DNA of 33,102 bases, from the NCBI RefSeq assembly GCF_001194135.2, contig NC_068984.1, forward strand, positions 10,166,427 through 10,199,528, read 5' to 3'. This stretch comes from Octopus bimaculoides (taxonomy: Eukaryota). The notes beneath the pieces are model-generated. The model searched no databases and was not told the origin of the DNA. It saw only the letters and a list, made by a program, of their open reading frames with translations. This document shows, one piece after another, positions 23,718 to 33,102 of the stretch. The first letter of the stretch is position 1. Every line of letters starts with the position of its first letter. A program made the translations under genes and the position numbers.

Positions 23718-24028
23718 CAGTAGTGGACTGGCCGGGTTGCCAGTTTGCCCAATGGCAAGTGGGCCCCTGCGCCATTAGAATCCGTATATGGGGGCCCATG
23801 TTAGTATCTAAGGGGCTTGATAATTTTTTATTCACTCCTGGAAGAACGCATTATTTCAGCATGGCTGTGTTTGTAGACATTTGAAAAGAATGATTTTAAC
23901 AAAACAAACAAAAATTAAATGATAGCATTGTCGTTTCCCCCTTGTAGTTGTAGGCAGTCCCTCTTGTAGTTGTGGGTGGGCCCCTTAGTCTCCCGGCAAC
24001 CAATATTTTTAGACCCAGTTTGCCACTG
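23718..24028. mobile_element. hAT-type MITE in SUCLG2 intron
   Basis: Imperfect TIRs cagtagtggactgg / ccagtttgccactg; perfect 8-bp TSD gttacatg at 23710-23717 and 24029-24036. Confidence 0.85.
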
Positions 24029-24113
24029 GTTACATGTCTTACCTTTGACCATATTATCTGTTTAATAATTATTTATTTTAAATTAATGTCCAAATATATC
24101 CTTTTCATTGCAG

Positions 24114-24204
24114 TTTAAACAAAGTTGAGGAATTGGTTGGGAAAATGTTAGGTAATAACTTGGTCACCAAACAAACATCAACTTCAGGTGTAAAAGTTAC
24201 TAAG
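24114..24204 (+). CDS. SUCLG2: SUCLG2 exon
   Basis: ttttcattgcag acceptor and AAG|gtgagt donor; 91 nt, phase 2 to 0. Encodes (D)LNKVEELVGKMLGNNLVTKQTSTSGVKVTK. Confidence 0.95.
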
Positions 24205-24487
24205 GTGAGTATATCATTTTCACCTGTGATGCTAATTAATAATAACGTTGTTGATTGCCACCTGGCTAAAGTAGTGGCTTGGTTACTTCACTGCTATTAT
24301 TCCATTACTACATTGCTGCCCTAGATGGAGCAATTTTTGTTGTGAAAATACAATGACAGTAAATTATGGATTGAATTTGTTTTACAATACCTCAGATCAG
24401 TTAATTCTTGCAATAAGGTATCAGAACATTCAATTGTCCTTAGTTGTGTTAACTTTTGAAACCACAAACATATATATACGTATATAT

Positions 24488-24824
24488 CATCATCATCATC
24501 GTTTAACGTCCGCCTTCCATACTAGCATTGGTTGGACGATTTGACTGAGGACTGGTGGACCAGGAGGCGACACCAGGCTCCAATCTGATTTGGCAGAGTT
24601 TCTACAGCTGGATGCCAACCACTCCGAGAGTGTAGTGGGTGCTTTTAACTTGCCAGTCAGGTGGTACTGGCGATGGCCATGCTCAAAATGGTGTTTTTTA
24701 CATGCCACCTGCACAGGAGCCAGTTCAGCGGCACTGGCAACGACCTTGCTCGAATGTTTTTTTCACGTGCCACCGGCATAAGTGCCAGTAAGGCGACGCT
24801 GGTAATAATCATGCTCAAATGGTG
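24488..24824 (-). mobile_element. Family A repeat with array, abutting the hammerhead element
   Basis: (CAT)n, core reverse complement, then units U1-U3. Confidence 0.8.
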
Positions 24825-24971
24825 CCTTAGGAATGAGAACCCAGGTTTGAAATTTCCCCAAGACACCTGATAAAGGCTGGAGGGTATATCAGCCGAAACG
24901 TTGTATAAACAACAAACAAGATGAGGACAAATATCCGTCAAATGTAAATAATGTGAATAATGTGAATAATG
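24825..24971 (+). mobile_element. 5'-truncated copy of the same hammerhead-bearing element with (AATAATGT-like)n tail
   Basis: ccttaggaatgagaacccaggtttgaaatttccccaagacacctga... matches the reverse complement of ~8360-8435 with few mismatches; tandem tail aataatgtgaataatgtgaataatg. Confidence 0.75.
24863..24905 (+). ncRNA. Minimal hammerhead fold with G8-to-A core change, in SUCLG2 intron (sense)
   Basis: ACAC-CUGAUAA-A-GGCUG-GAGGGUAUAU-CAGCC-GAA-ACGU-U-GUAU: 5-bp stem II, ACGU palindrome, GUU triplet, stem I 3/4 paired. Confidence 0.65.
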
Positions 24972-25971
24972 ACAAATGTATCTTACTTTTCTCTGGACAG
25001 TAAGATGTGACTTGAGATAGCTTGGCTGCTATTTCTAACAGATTCAGTGACCATGTAGTTGTAAGCATACTGCAAAGCATGTAAGGGATGTGTATTAAAG
25101 GGGTTTGCTCATTATTAGCATTTATAAGTTAAAAGGCAGCTTGTGGTTAAAGCAAGTACGTGAAGTCTTTAACAGTAAGTCTTTAATGTGGTTTGAGGAA
25201 GATTTAGCTGTCATTTCTACGGTTTTCAGAACCCTTCATTGATTTACAACCATAAGAGTGGTATCGTTGCCAGATTGAATGAAAACCAGTAGAGAGGGGT
25301 GTTAGAATACACGGAGCTAAGAGCTTTTAATGTGACGGAATCATCAAAGACTTGTAGCTTTAGGATTAGTGTCTTGGCATTAGAGAGAATATTGAAATGG
25401 AATTAAAGAATTATAGATTGGATTGGATTCTAAATGACTGAACAACTTAATTGGATATAAGCTTTAATTAAATCAATCAACCAATGCATATTTATTACAC
25501 GCAAGTGTGATTAATTGGGTCAGTTGCCTGACTTTTTATAATGAGAGGTCAAATTAACGAGTAATTATCTTCTATTGATTTCAGAAGGTGGAGTAGGGGT
25601 AGGGGTTTGGCCTCGATTTGCTAAAAGCTTTTCTGAAATAGTTATCACTGGGAATTGAACCCATGTGGTCACTGTACTTCCTTGGAAACTCATTACTGTC
25701 TACTCAGTGTTGCTTAGCCAGCTAGAAAGAGCAGTAAAATTGCCCTCATATTGCATCTTACTATCTTGAATTGGAGAAGGGCATATTGGAGGATATGATG
25801 TTTTATGTCAGATAAACGATGGGATGGTCATTATTGGAATGTTTTTGATTATAAGTCTGCTCAGATTGGGCTAACCTGGGGATAATCATCATCATATAAC
25901 ATCTGGCTCCCATGCTGCCATGGGTTGGCTGGTTTGACAAGATCTGACAAGCCAACTCATGACATAATGCT

Positions 25972-26450
25972 CATCATCATCATCATCATTTAATGTCCAC
26001 TTTCCATGCTGGCATGGGTTGGACGATTTGACTGAGGACTGGTGAACCAGATGGCTGCACCAGACTCCAATCTGATCTGGTAGAGTTTCTACAGCTGGAT
26101 GCCCTTCCTAATGCCAACCACTCTGAGAGTGTAATGGGTGTTTTTACATGCCAGTCAGGCGGTACTGGCAACGGCCACGCTCAAAATGGTGTTTTTTACG
26201 TGCCACCTGCATAGGAGCCAGTTCAGCGGTACTGGCAATGACCTTGCTCGAATGTTTTCTAACGTGCCACCAGCACAAGTGCCAGTAAGGCGACACTGGT
26301 AACAATCACACTCAAATGGTGCTATTTACGTGCCACTGGCATGGAAGCCAAACAGCTGCTCTGGCAATGATCACGCTCGGATGGTGCTGTTAGCGCTCCA
26401 CTGGCATAGGTGCCAGTCATCGAATTTGGTTCAATCACGATTTCGATCAT
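25972..26450 (-). mobile_element. Family A repeat with five-unit array
   Basis: (CAT)n, core reverse complement, then five diverged ~60-66-bp units. Confidence 0.85.
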
Positions 26451-27835
26451 CATCATGTAACATCTGACTCCCATGCTGCCATGGGTTGGCTGGTTTGACA
26501 AGATCTGAGAAGCCAACCCATGACATAATGCTCCAGTGTCCTAATTCGGCAAGGTTTCTATGGCTGGATGCTCTTCCTAATATGAACCACTTTACATTAT
26601 GTACTCAGTGATCTTTTTTAATCCTGACAGCTGCACTTTTGAATGTTGGATCATAACTTGCAAGGCTAAGGGCCTATAGTGCCCCCTATAACTAAGGGGT
26701 CACTCGAATAGAAGAGAGAGTATACAATGATCCTGGGCAGGGTGATGAGGGAGGGTAAGTTAGATGATAGGAATAGAATTACAGTTGTGATAGGATTGTA
26801 GTGGAGAGAGTAACAGAATCATAGAGTAGTCACTAAATGAAAGCTAAAGAACAACATAGGCACCGATCTCACTTTGAGACTGATTAACTTGTTTAAGGAG
26901 AGTTTTTTAAATTATTTCCTGGTTTGTTCACTTTGCATAACATCTGTTTTTCCATGGTAGCATGGGTTAGATGGAAAGTAGTTACTGCAGGATTTTTACA
27001 GCCTGATGCTTTTCAAATAAGGGATATCTATTTTTTTTTATTGTAGAGGAATTTAAAAGCACAGAGCTAATGGATGATTTGTTGATTGGAAATCTCATTG
27101 CAGGTCAGCCACAAAGAGTGAGGTCATTATTTGTAGCCAAAGCCTAGTGTAGTTTGCAAGCATATACACACGTGTGTATGTATTTCTGTTCCTTCTTCTC
27201 CAACTGGGTCATCCTTGTATCTCTTCTACAACAAGGCACTTACCTCTATGCCTTTATCATTCTTTTAACCTCTCATCAACTGGCACAAAGCCACCTTCCT
27301 CAATACTTCCCCCCATTCAAGGGGACTTTATCTTGCAAGTTACTAGCACCCAGTACACTCTGTAAGGTAGTTGGTGTTAGGAAGGGCATCCAGCCATAGA
27401 AACAGTGTCAAAACAGACAATTGGGCTTGGCACAGTCCTCTGGTTTCCCGGCTCTTGTCAAACTGTCCAACCCATGTCAGCATGGAAAACAGACATTAAA
27501 TGATGATGATGGTGTAATAAAGAAGAAAGTTGGATTTGGAGGATCAAATGGAACTTATTGCAAATGCTGCAGCTGAGGAACGGGTTATCGGCGCATATGT
27601 TAATCAAATCAATATTTAATTTAGCATGACTCCTCCTCTGAAAATTCAGGATACACAAACAGTAATATTTCCACTGTGGCAAATATAAATAAAAACAGGA
27701 GATGCGAGAGGTATCTGTATAGAGTTATGAAACAGCTGTAACCATACAGAAATATTAAATTTCCTTCTGCCTCTTATATCACTCAGTTCTTACACACACA
27801 CACACACACACACATGCATGCACGCACGCACACAT

Positions 27836-27866
<31 letters not shown>

Positions 27867-28089
27867 CCTATAGTGGGTTTCTTTCAGTTTTTGTCTACTG
27901 CTCAGCAGTTTGGCAAAAGAGACCAATAGAATAAGTACCAGGCTTTTTTTATTAAAAAAAAAGAAGGTACTGCCGTTGATTCAATTGATTAAAAATTGTT
28001 GAAGGCTGTGCCCCAGCATGGCCACATTGTGATGAGTGAAACGAGTAAAAGGTAAAAGATATAATGGTGCCTCCTTTTTCTTGTTGCAG

Positions 28090-28242
28090 GTAATGATTGC
28101 TGAAGCTTTGGATATTTCTCGTGAGGCCTACCTAGCAATCCTGATGGACAGAAAATACGGAGGACCTGTGATAGTCGGTAGCCCCTGTGGTGGCATGGAC
28201 ATTGAAGAGGTTGCTGCCAAATCACCCGAAGCCATTTTTACG
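28090..28242 (+). CDS. SUCLG2: SUCLG2 exon
   Basis: ttcttgttgcag acceptor and ACG|gtaatt donor; 153 nt, phase 0 to 0. Encodes VMIAEALDISREAYLAILMDRKYGGPVIVGSPCGGMDIEEVAAKSPEAIFT. Confidence 0.97.
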
Positions 28243-28616
28243 GTAATTTAATATTGTTTTGTTTTCATTGGTTTCTTTTGTATTTTGTTTGCGTTGAACC
28301 CATACATCTTCAGCTTGTCTACACCACCACCACCATCATTTTTTTGGTATCCACTTTTCCATAATTTCATTGGACAGAAGGAATTTATTGAGGCAAATTT
28401 TTTACAGCTGGATGCCCGTCCTGTTGCCAACCCTCAACTATTTCCAAAGAAGGTAACATTTCCCCATGGCTGGACATGTTGCTCACAGAAGACTAGAAAT
28501 CAACGACACCACCTCTATGACAGTGGCACTCATTTACAACTATCATATGATGTCATGTGAAGATATACACATACATTTATTACATATATATACATCTTAT
28601 ATATATATATATATAT

Positions 28617-29010
28617 ATCGTTGCCAGTACCGCCTGACTGGCCTTTGTGCTGGTGGCACGTAAAAGCACCCACTACACTCTCTGAGTGGTTGGCGTTAGG
28701 AAGGGCATCCAGCTGTAGAAACTCTGCCAGATCAGATTGGAGCCTGGTGTAGCCATCTGGTTTCACCAGTCCTCAGTCAAATCGTCCAACCCATGCTAGC
28801 ATGGAAAGCGGACGTTAAACGACAACGACCACCGGCCCAAGTGCCAGTAAGGCTATGCTGGTAACGATCACGCTCAAATGGTGCTATTTACGTGCCACTG
28901 GCATGGAAGCCAGACAGCTGCTCTGGCAACGATCATGCTCGGACAGTACTCTCAGCGCTCCACTGGCACAGGTGCCATCACGATTTTGCTTTCACTTGCC
29001 CCAATGTAAC
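28617..29010. mobile_element. Family A sense copy (28617-28830) joined to an oppositely oriented array fragment (28831-~29010)
   Basis: Core and tail on +, immediately followed by units matching ~26270-26420 in the same + orientation as that minus-oriented copy. Confidence 0.75.
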
Positions 29011-29364
29011 TACTACTAAATGTGTTGAGTGCCTTTTCTTTCTTTTGACTGTTCAATTTCATTCACAAAGACAAAGTTGATCCAAGACAATGGTAAAAGA
29101 CACATACCCCAAGAATTCCACACTGTGGGATTGAGACTGGAACCTGATCATATCATTAGAACACTGGACATTTCAGTATTTGTCCTGGCTGTTGACATTC
29201 TAAGTTCAAATCTCATTGAGGCCGAGTTCATCTTTCATCCTTCTGGGGTCAATCTAATAGGCTATGTCCCTGGACCATATTTGAAGTCCTGTGTCTTGTG
29301 TAATGTCTGTAAATTATATTTCGTATCAATAAGTAAGGGATGTCTGTTCTGTCTTATTTTTCAG

Positions 29365-29454
29365 GAACCAATCGATATCTTTACTGGGATTTCTAAGAAA
29401 CAAGCTCTCAAGATGGCTTCCAACCTTGGTTTCAAAAGTAATTTGCATGAAGAA
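29365..29454 (+). CDS. SUCLG2: SUCLG2 exon
   Basis: tatttttcag acceptor and GAA|gtgagc donor; 90 nt, phase 0 to 0. Encodes EPIDIFTGISKKQALKMASNLGFKSNLHEE. Confidence 0.95.
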
Positions 29455-29479
29455 GTGAGCGATTACACTGATACTCTTT

Positions 29480-29756
29480 ATATCATCACCATCACTAGTG
29501 TAACTCATCATCACTGTAACCATCATCATCATCATCATCATCATCATCACCATCACTATAGCCATCATCATTACCATCATCATCATTCACCATCCTAATC
29601 ATCACCATCATCATCACCATCATTATCACCACCATTATCACAATGGCCATCATCACCATCACTACAGCCATCATCATCACCATCATCAACCATCCACATC
29701 ATCACCATCATCACTATAGCCATCATCATCATCATCAATACCACCACCATTGCCAC
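29480..29756. repeat. Imperfect (CAT/CAC)n microsatellite filling a SUCLG2 intron
   Basis: Occupies most of the 353-nt intron 29455-29807. Confidence 0.9.
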
Positions 29757-29807
29757 CCCTAAAATGTTATGTTTTGATCATTTAGCCAAGAATGTTCCTC
29801 GTTGCAG

Positions 29808-29904
29808 GCTGCCAACCAAATCTGCTGTTTGTACAACCTGTTTCAAAATGTCGATGCCACCCAAGTAGAGGTGAACCCTTTTGGGGAAACTAATGATGGC
29901 AAAG
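29808..29904 (+). CDS. SUCLG2: SUCLG2 exon
   Basis: cctcgttgcag acceptor and G|gtaagt donor; 97 nt, phase 0 to 1. Encodes AANQICCLYNLFQNVDATQVEVNPFGETNDGK. DATQVEVNP is G-type (A-type has DATMIEINP). Confidence 0.97.
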
Positions 29905-30094
29905 GTAAGTCAAGATGGTTGGTCAGTTGGTCAGTTGGTTGGTCAGTTGGTTGGGCTGGCCTGGGCAGAGTTGGGCAGTTTAAAGTCTAAATAACCTGTG
30001 GTTGTCTTGTTATTTATTGTTGATCGTTTGCCCTAATCAGCTTTTAAAGGTAGGGATATAGTAGATAAAACATTGTTCTTGAACCCTATGGACT

Positions 30095-30460
30095 AATAAG
30101 GGTCAGTTTCCCAGTTTCTGTGGCGTATATTATATATTTACACCCTGGACAGGACGCTGCTCGATTGCAGGATGACTCATTTTTGCCAGCTGAGTGGACT
30201 CCAGAACACAATGCGTCACCTAGTCTAGGAATTGAAACCACAATCTTATGATTACAACACTCCCCCTGAATAGGATGCTAGTCTGTCGCAGGGTTAATTT
30301 CCCAGTTTTTGCTGGGGCCTATTTACGGCTGAGTGGACTGGAACAACGTAAAATGGAGTGTTTTGCTGAAGAACACAATGCATTGCCCGGTCCAGGAATT
30401 GAAACCACAACCTTACAGTCATGAGTCCAAAACCCTAAGCACCAAGCCATGTTGCCTCCA
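30095..30460 (-). mobile_element. Two tandem degenerate tRNA-SINE remnants
   Basis: Repeated blocks gctgagtggact...gaacacaatgc...aggaattgaaaccacaa (reverse-complement B-box-like). Confidence 0.55.
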
Positions 30461-31610
30461 CGAGAACAGATATATAATCAAAGACTTTCTAGCTTGTTTT
30501 TTTAGTATATTAACACGTTGGCCCCCTGAGCCTCATTTTACGTTTTATCTCAGGGTCCCAACACAATATCTTAATTGAATTTGACACGAACAACATAATA
30601 TTTTTACATTATGCCATGCAAGGATCACATAGGTAGTGTTGGATACAAAGGGTTGTGTGGTACCCTAGTTCATATCACATCCTAGATACCATACAACCTA
30701 GCCGTGGTCAATTTAAAATTTGGGAAATTTCTATTGGAAGATCTCGAAATCTTTTCAAAAACAACTATTTTGGTTTCCATGGCAAGTAAAATATTTTTCA
30801 TTCCCTCCTGTTTCTATTGGAAAATCTACCAATTTTTTTCAAAAAAAAGCAATTTTTGTTTCAATGGCAAATAAAATTTTCTCAATACTCAATCTTTTGT
30901 TTTACCTCATTTTGTGGTGAAATCAGAAGAAAACGAAAAAAAAAAAAATGAAAAAAAAATCTATAAAAAATTGTTCTCTTGGTGTAACAAAAGCACAAAT
31001 CAAAGCAATTGGAGCATTCCAGCTCTCGGAAAGCTCATAGGAAAGAAATTAAAAAAACGACCCACTGGTAGGTCGTGCAGGACTTGCTAACATACCACCA
31101 CAACCCACCAGCAAGGACATATGGCAGCCAACATGTTAAGGGCCACATTGTCCAATCTAACTCTCATTTCTTCTTTTAAGACTAGAGAAGGTGAGTTAAG
31201 GAAAATTAGGTTGCTATTTTTAGCAGATCAACTGATTATACAGTGGCTCTTTCTTGGCTTTGGTGGCCTTCTGGTAAATATATTTGTTAGCAGACACATA
31301 GTAGTGATGTGTGGAAGGGGCAAATTGACTGGTGGAGGAGGAGACTGAAAATAGTCGCCATTCATTGAAATGATATGATTTTAGAAAATTACTATTTGTA
31401 AATCTCAAAACGAGAGATATTCAGCAACAGTACTTTGTAGTAAAGATTGTTTACCAACATAACATGGCAGTCCTGGTTTAGGATGAACATCTCTTGTGAG
31501 ATTTAAAAATAGTAATTTTCTAATTTATAGATAAGTGACTAATTGTCATTTTGAAAACTATATATTTCGAACGGGAATTTGGCAGTGCCACCTCTAGGCG
31601 AACAATTATT

Positions 31611-31653
31611 CTGTGCTGATGAAGGGAAATAACCCAGAAATCGCGATAGACAG
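31611..31653 (+). ncRNA. Hammerhead fold with intact core and 8-nt palindromic stem III, in SUCLG2 intron (sense)
   Basis: CUGUG-CUGAUGA-A-GGG-AAAUAA-CCC-A-GAA-AUCGCGAU-A-GACAG. Stem I is 4/5 paired, with the mismatch next to the core. Confidence 0.6.
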
Positions 31654-32130
31654 CTATTGTTTTGAGCTGAGTGGGGGTGCTAGATTCCCTTGTTTGAAAA
31701 TATAAGGACGCAGATCATGTTGTATAGCCAGTAGGAGATGATGTCTCCTGGGGCTAAATTACAGTAACATTTGTCCTAAACTAGGACTGCCATGTTATGT
31801 TGGCAAACAATCTTTACTCCAATCGTATGATTCGTTTGCTATCTTCCATAAAAGCATGTCTGACCATTGAGCTACATATAGTTCAAAGGACTTAGGGTTG
31901 GTGACAGGAAGAGCATCTGGCTGTGGAAAAGTGTGCTTCAGCAAGTTTTGCCTGATCCATGCAAGCATGGAAAAGTGGATGTTAAAATGATGAGGATGAT
32001 GATTGTTCACAGTTGCAAAGTGAACTTCTTAATCACACGGCTGTACCTAATTAAATTCTAATTTTTTGTTTCAAATTTTGAATGAATGTTTTAAAATCAA
32101 AAGAAATTTTATTTTTTTGTCTTGTTGCAG

Positions 32131-32292
32131 TTGTTTGTTTTGATGCTAAGATCAGTTTCGATGACAATGCTGTATTCCGCCAGAAGTCTATATTTGCAAT
32201 GGAGGACACAACTGAACAAGATCCGAGAGAGGTCGAAGCTGCTAAATTTAACTTAAACTATATCGGCATGGATGGCAACATTGCCTGTCTTG
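32131..32292 (+). CDS. SUCLG2: SUCLG2 exon (gene continues beyond window)
   Basis: cttgttgcag acceptor and G|gtaaga donor; 162 nt, phase 1 to 1. Encodes (V)[53 protein letters not shown]. Confidence 0.97.
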
Positions 32293-32474
32293 GTAAGAGA
32301 GAGAGTTTCTTCTGTTCCTATCGCCTTCCTTAATCTTCTCCTTTGATCCTTTTGATACCAACCTACTCAAAACCATCCCTAGTTCATCATCATCATCATC
32401 ATTCAGACATGATTAGTAATTTGAAATCAAGGAATGTAAAGAGTTCATATATAGATATAGATTATACATAAAAT

Positions 32475-32645
32475 TTTGTGTGGCTGTGTGGTGAGACGTT
32501 TCTTTCCCAACCACATGGTCCTGGGTTCAGTCTCACTACATGACACCTTGGGCAAGTGTCTTCTGCTATAACCTCAGGCTGACCAAAGCCTTGTCAGTGG
32601 ATTTGGTAGATAGAAAGTGAAAGAAGCTAATTTATACATACATAC

Positions 32646-32677
<32 letters not shown>

Positions 32678-32990
32678 GTATTTGTGTCTGTGTGTGTGTC
32701 TTTGTGTCTGTGCTTGTCTCCCACCATCATCTGACAACTGGTGTTGGTGTGTTTACATCGCTGTAACTTAGTGGTTTGGCAAAAGAGACTGATAGAATAA
32801 GTTGCCAAGCTTCGAAAAAAAAATAAATGCGGGAGTGGCAGTGTGGTAAGTAGCTTGCTTACCAACCACATGGTTCTGGGTTCAGTCCCATTGCGTGGCA
32901 CCTTGGGCAAGTGTCTTCTACTATAGCCTCGGGCCTACCAAAGCCTTGTGAGTGGATTTGGTAGACGGAAACTGAAAGAAGCCCGTCATA
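32475..32990 (+). mobile_element. Two adjacent family C SINE copies
   Basis: Both begin gtggctgtgtgg / gtggcagtgtgg and align to 8701-9106. Confidence 0.8.
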
Positions 32991-32994
32991 TTTC

Positions 32995-33102
32995 ATCATC
33001 ATCATCATCATCATCGTTTAACGTCCGCTTTCCATGCTAGCATGGGTTGGACGATTTGACTGAGGACTGGTGAAACCGGATGGCAACACCAGGCTCCAGT
33101 CT
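32995..33102 (-). mobile_element. Family A repeat (runs off window end)
   Basis: (CAT)n cgtttaacgtccgctttccatgctagcatggg... Confidence 0.85.

Noticed and set aside
27714-27750. Hairpin tctgtat…atacaga enclosing GAAACAGCUGUA (hammerhead-like 3' half)
   Set aside because: No CUGANGA or stem II upstream; at best a deleted remnant, not supportable.
33060-33084. CUGAGGA-CUGGU-GAAAC in the antisense strand of family A, resembling a hammerhead core
   Set aside because: The five intervening bases cannot form stem II, there is no stem I partner, and several copies lack GAAA (gtgaacc, gggaagcc).

Overview
AT-rich, microsatellite- and SINE-dense eukaryotic DNA from a gapped draft assembly (N gaps at 8350-8359, 11586-11595, 13910-13919, 15964-16283, 18691-19131, 20399-20734, 21750-22251). 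The repeat landscape looks like an octopus or other coleoid cephalopod; this is inference from recalled repeat types, not a search. One protein-coding gene is supportable: seven consecutive internal + strand exons (19828-32292) of the GDP-forming succinyl-CoA ligase beta subunit (SUCLG2). All have canonical AG/GT borders and splice in frame to 280 codons + 1 nt. The first exon and the last exons were not found. The rest is non-autonomous mobile DNA: a (GAT)n-tailed SINE-like family with a modular hairpin array, tRNA-headed SINEs, Tc1/mariner-, hAT- and piggyBac-like MITEs, and a Helentron-type element. The most interesting unannotated signal is a set of minimal type I hammerhead-ribozyme folds with palindromic stem III (2378, 4376, 8360, 24863, 31611; weaker 17198). 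One lies directly downstream of a tRNA-like Pol III promoter, suggesting a SINE-ribozyme chimera. Also notable: a 234-bp near-perfect palindrome and a candidate internal first exon of SUCLG2. Almost all ORFs in the supplied track are artefacts of microsatellites, repeats or N gaps. Repeat boundaries are read by eye and approximate unless TIRs or TSDs are given.
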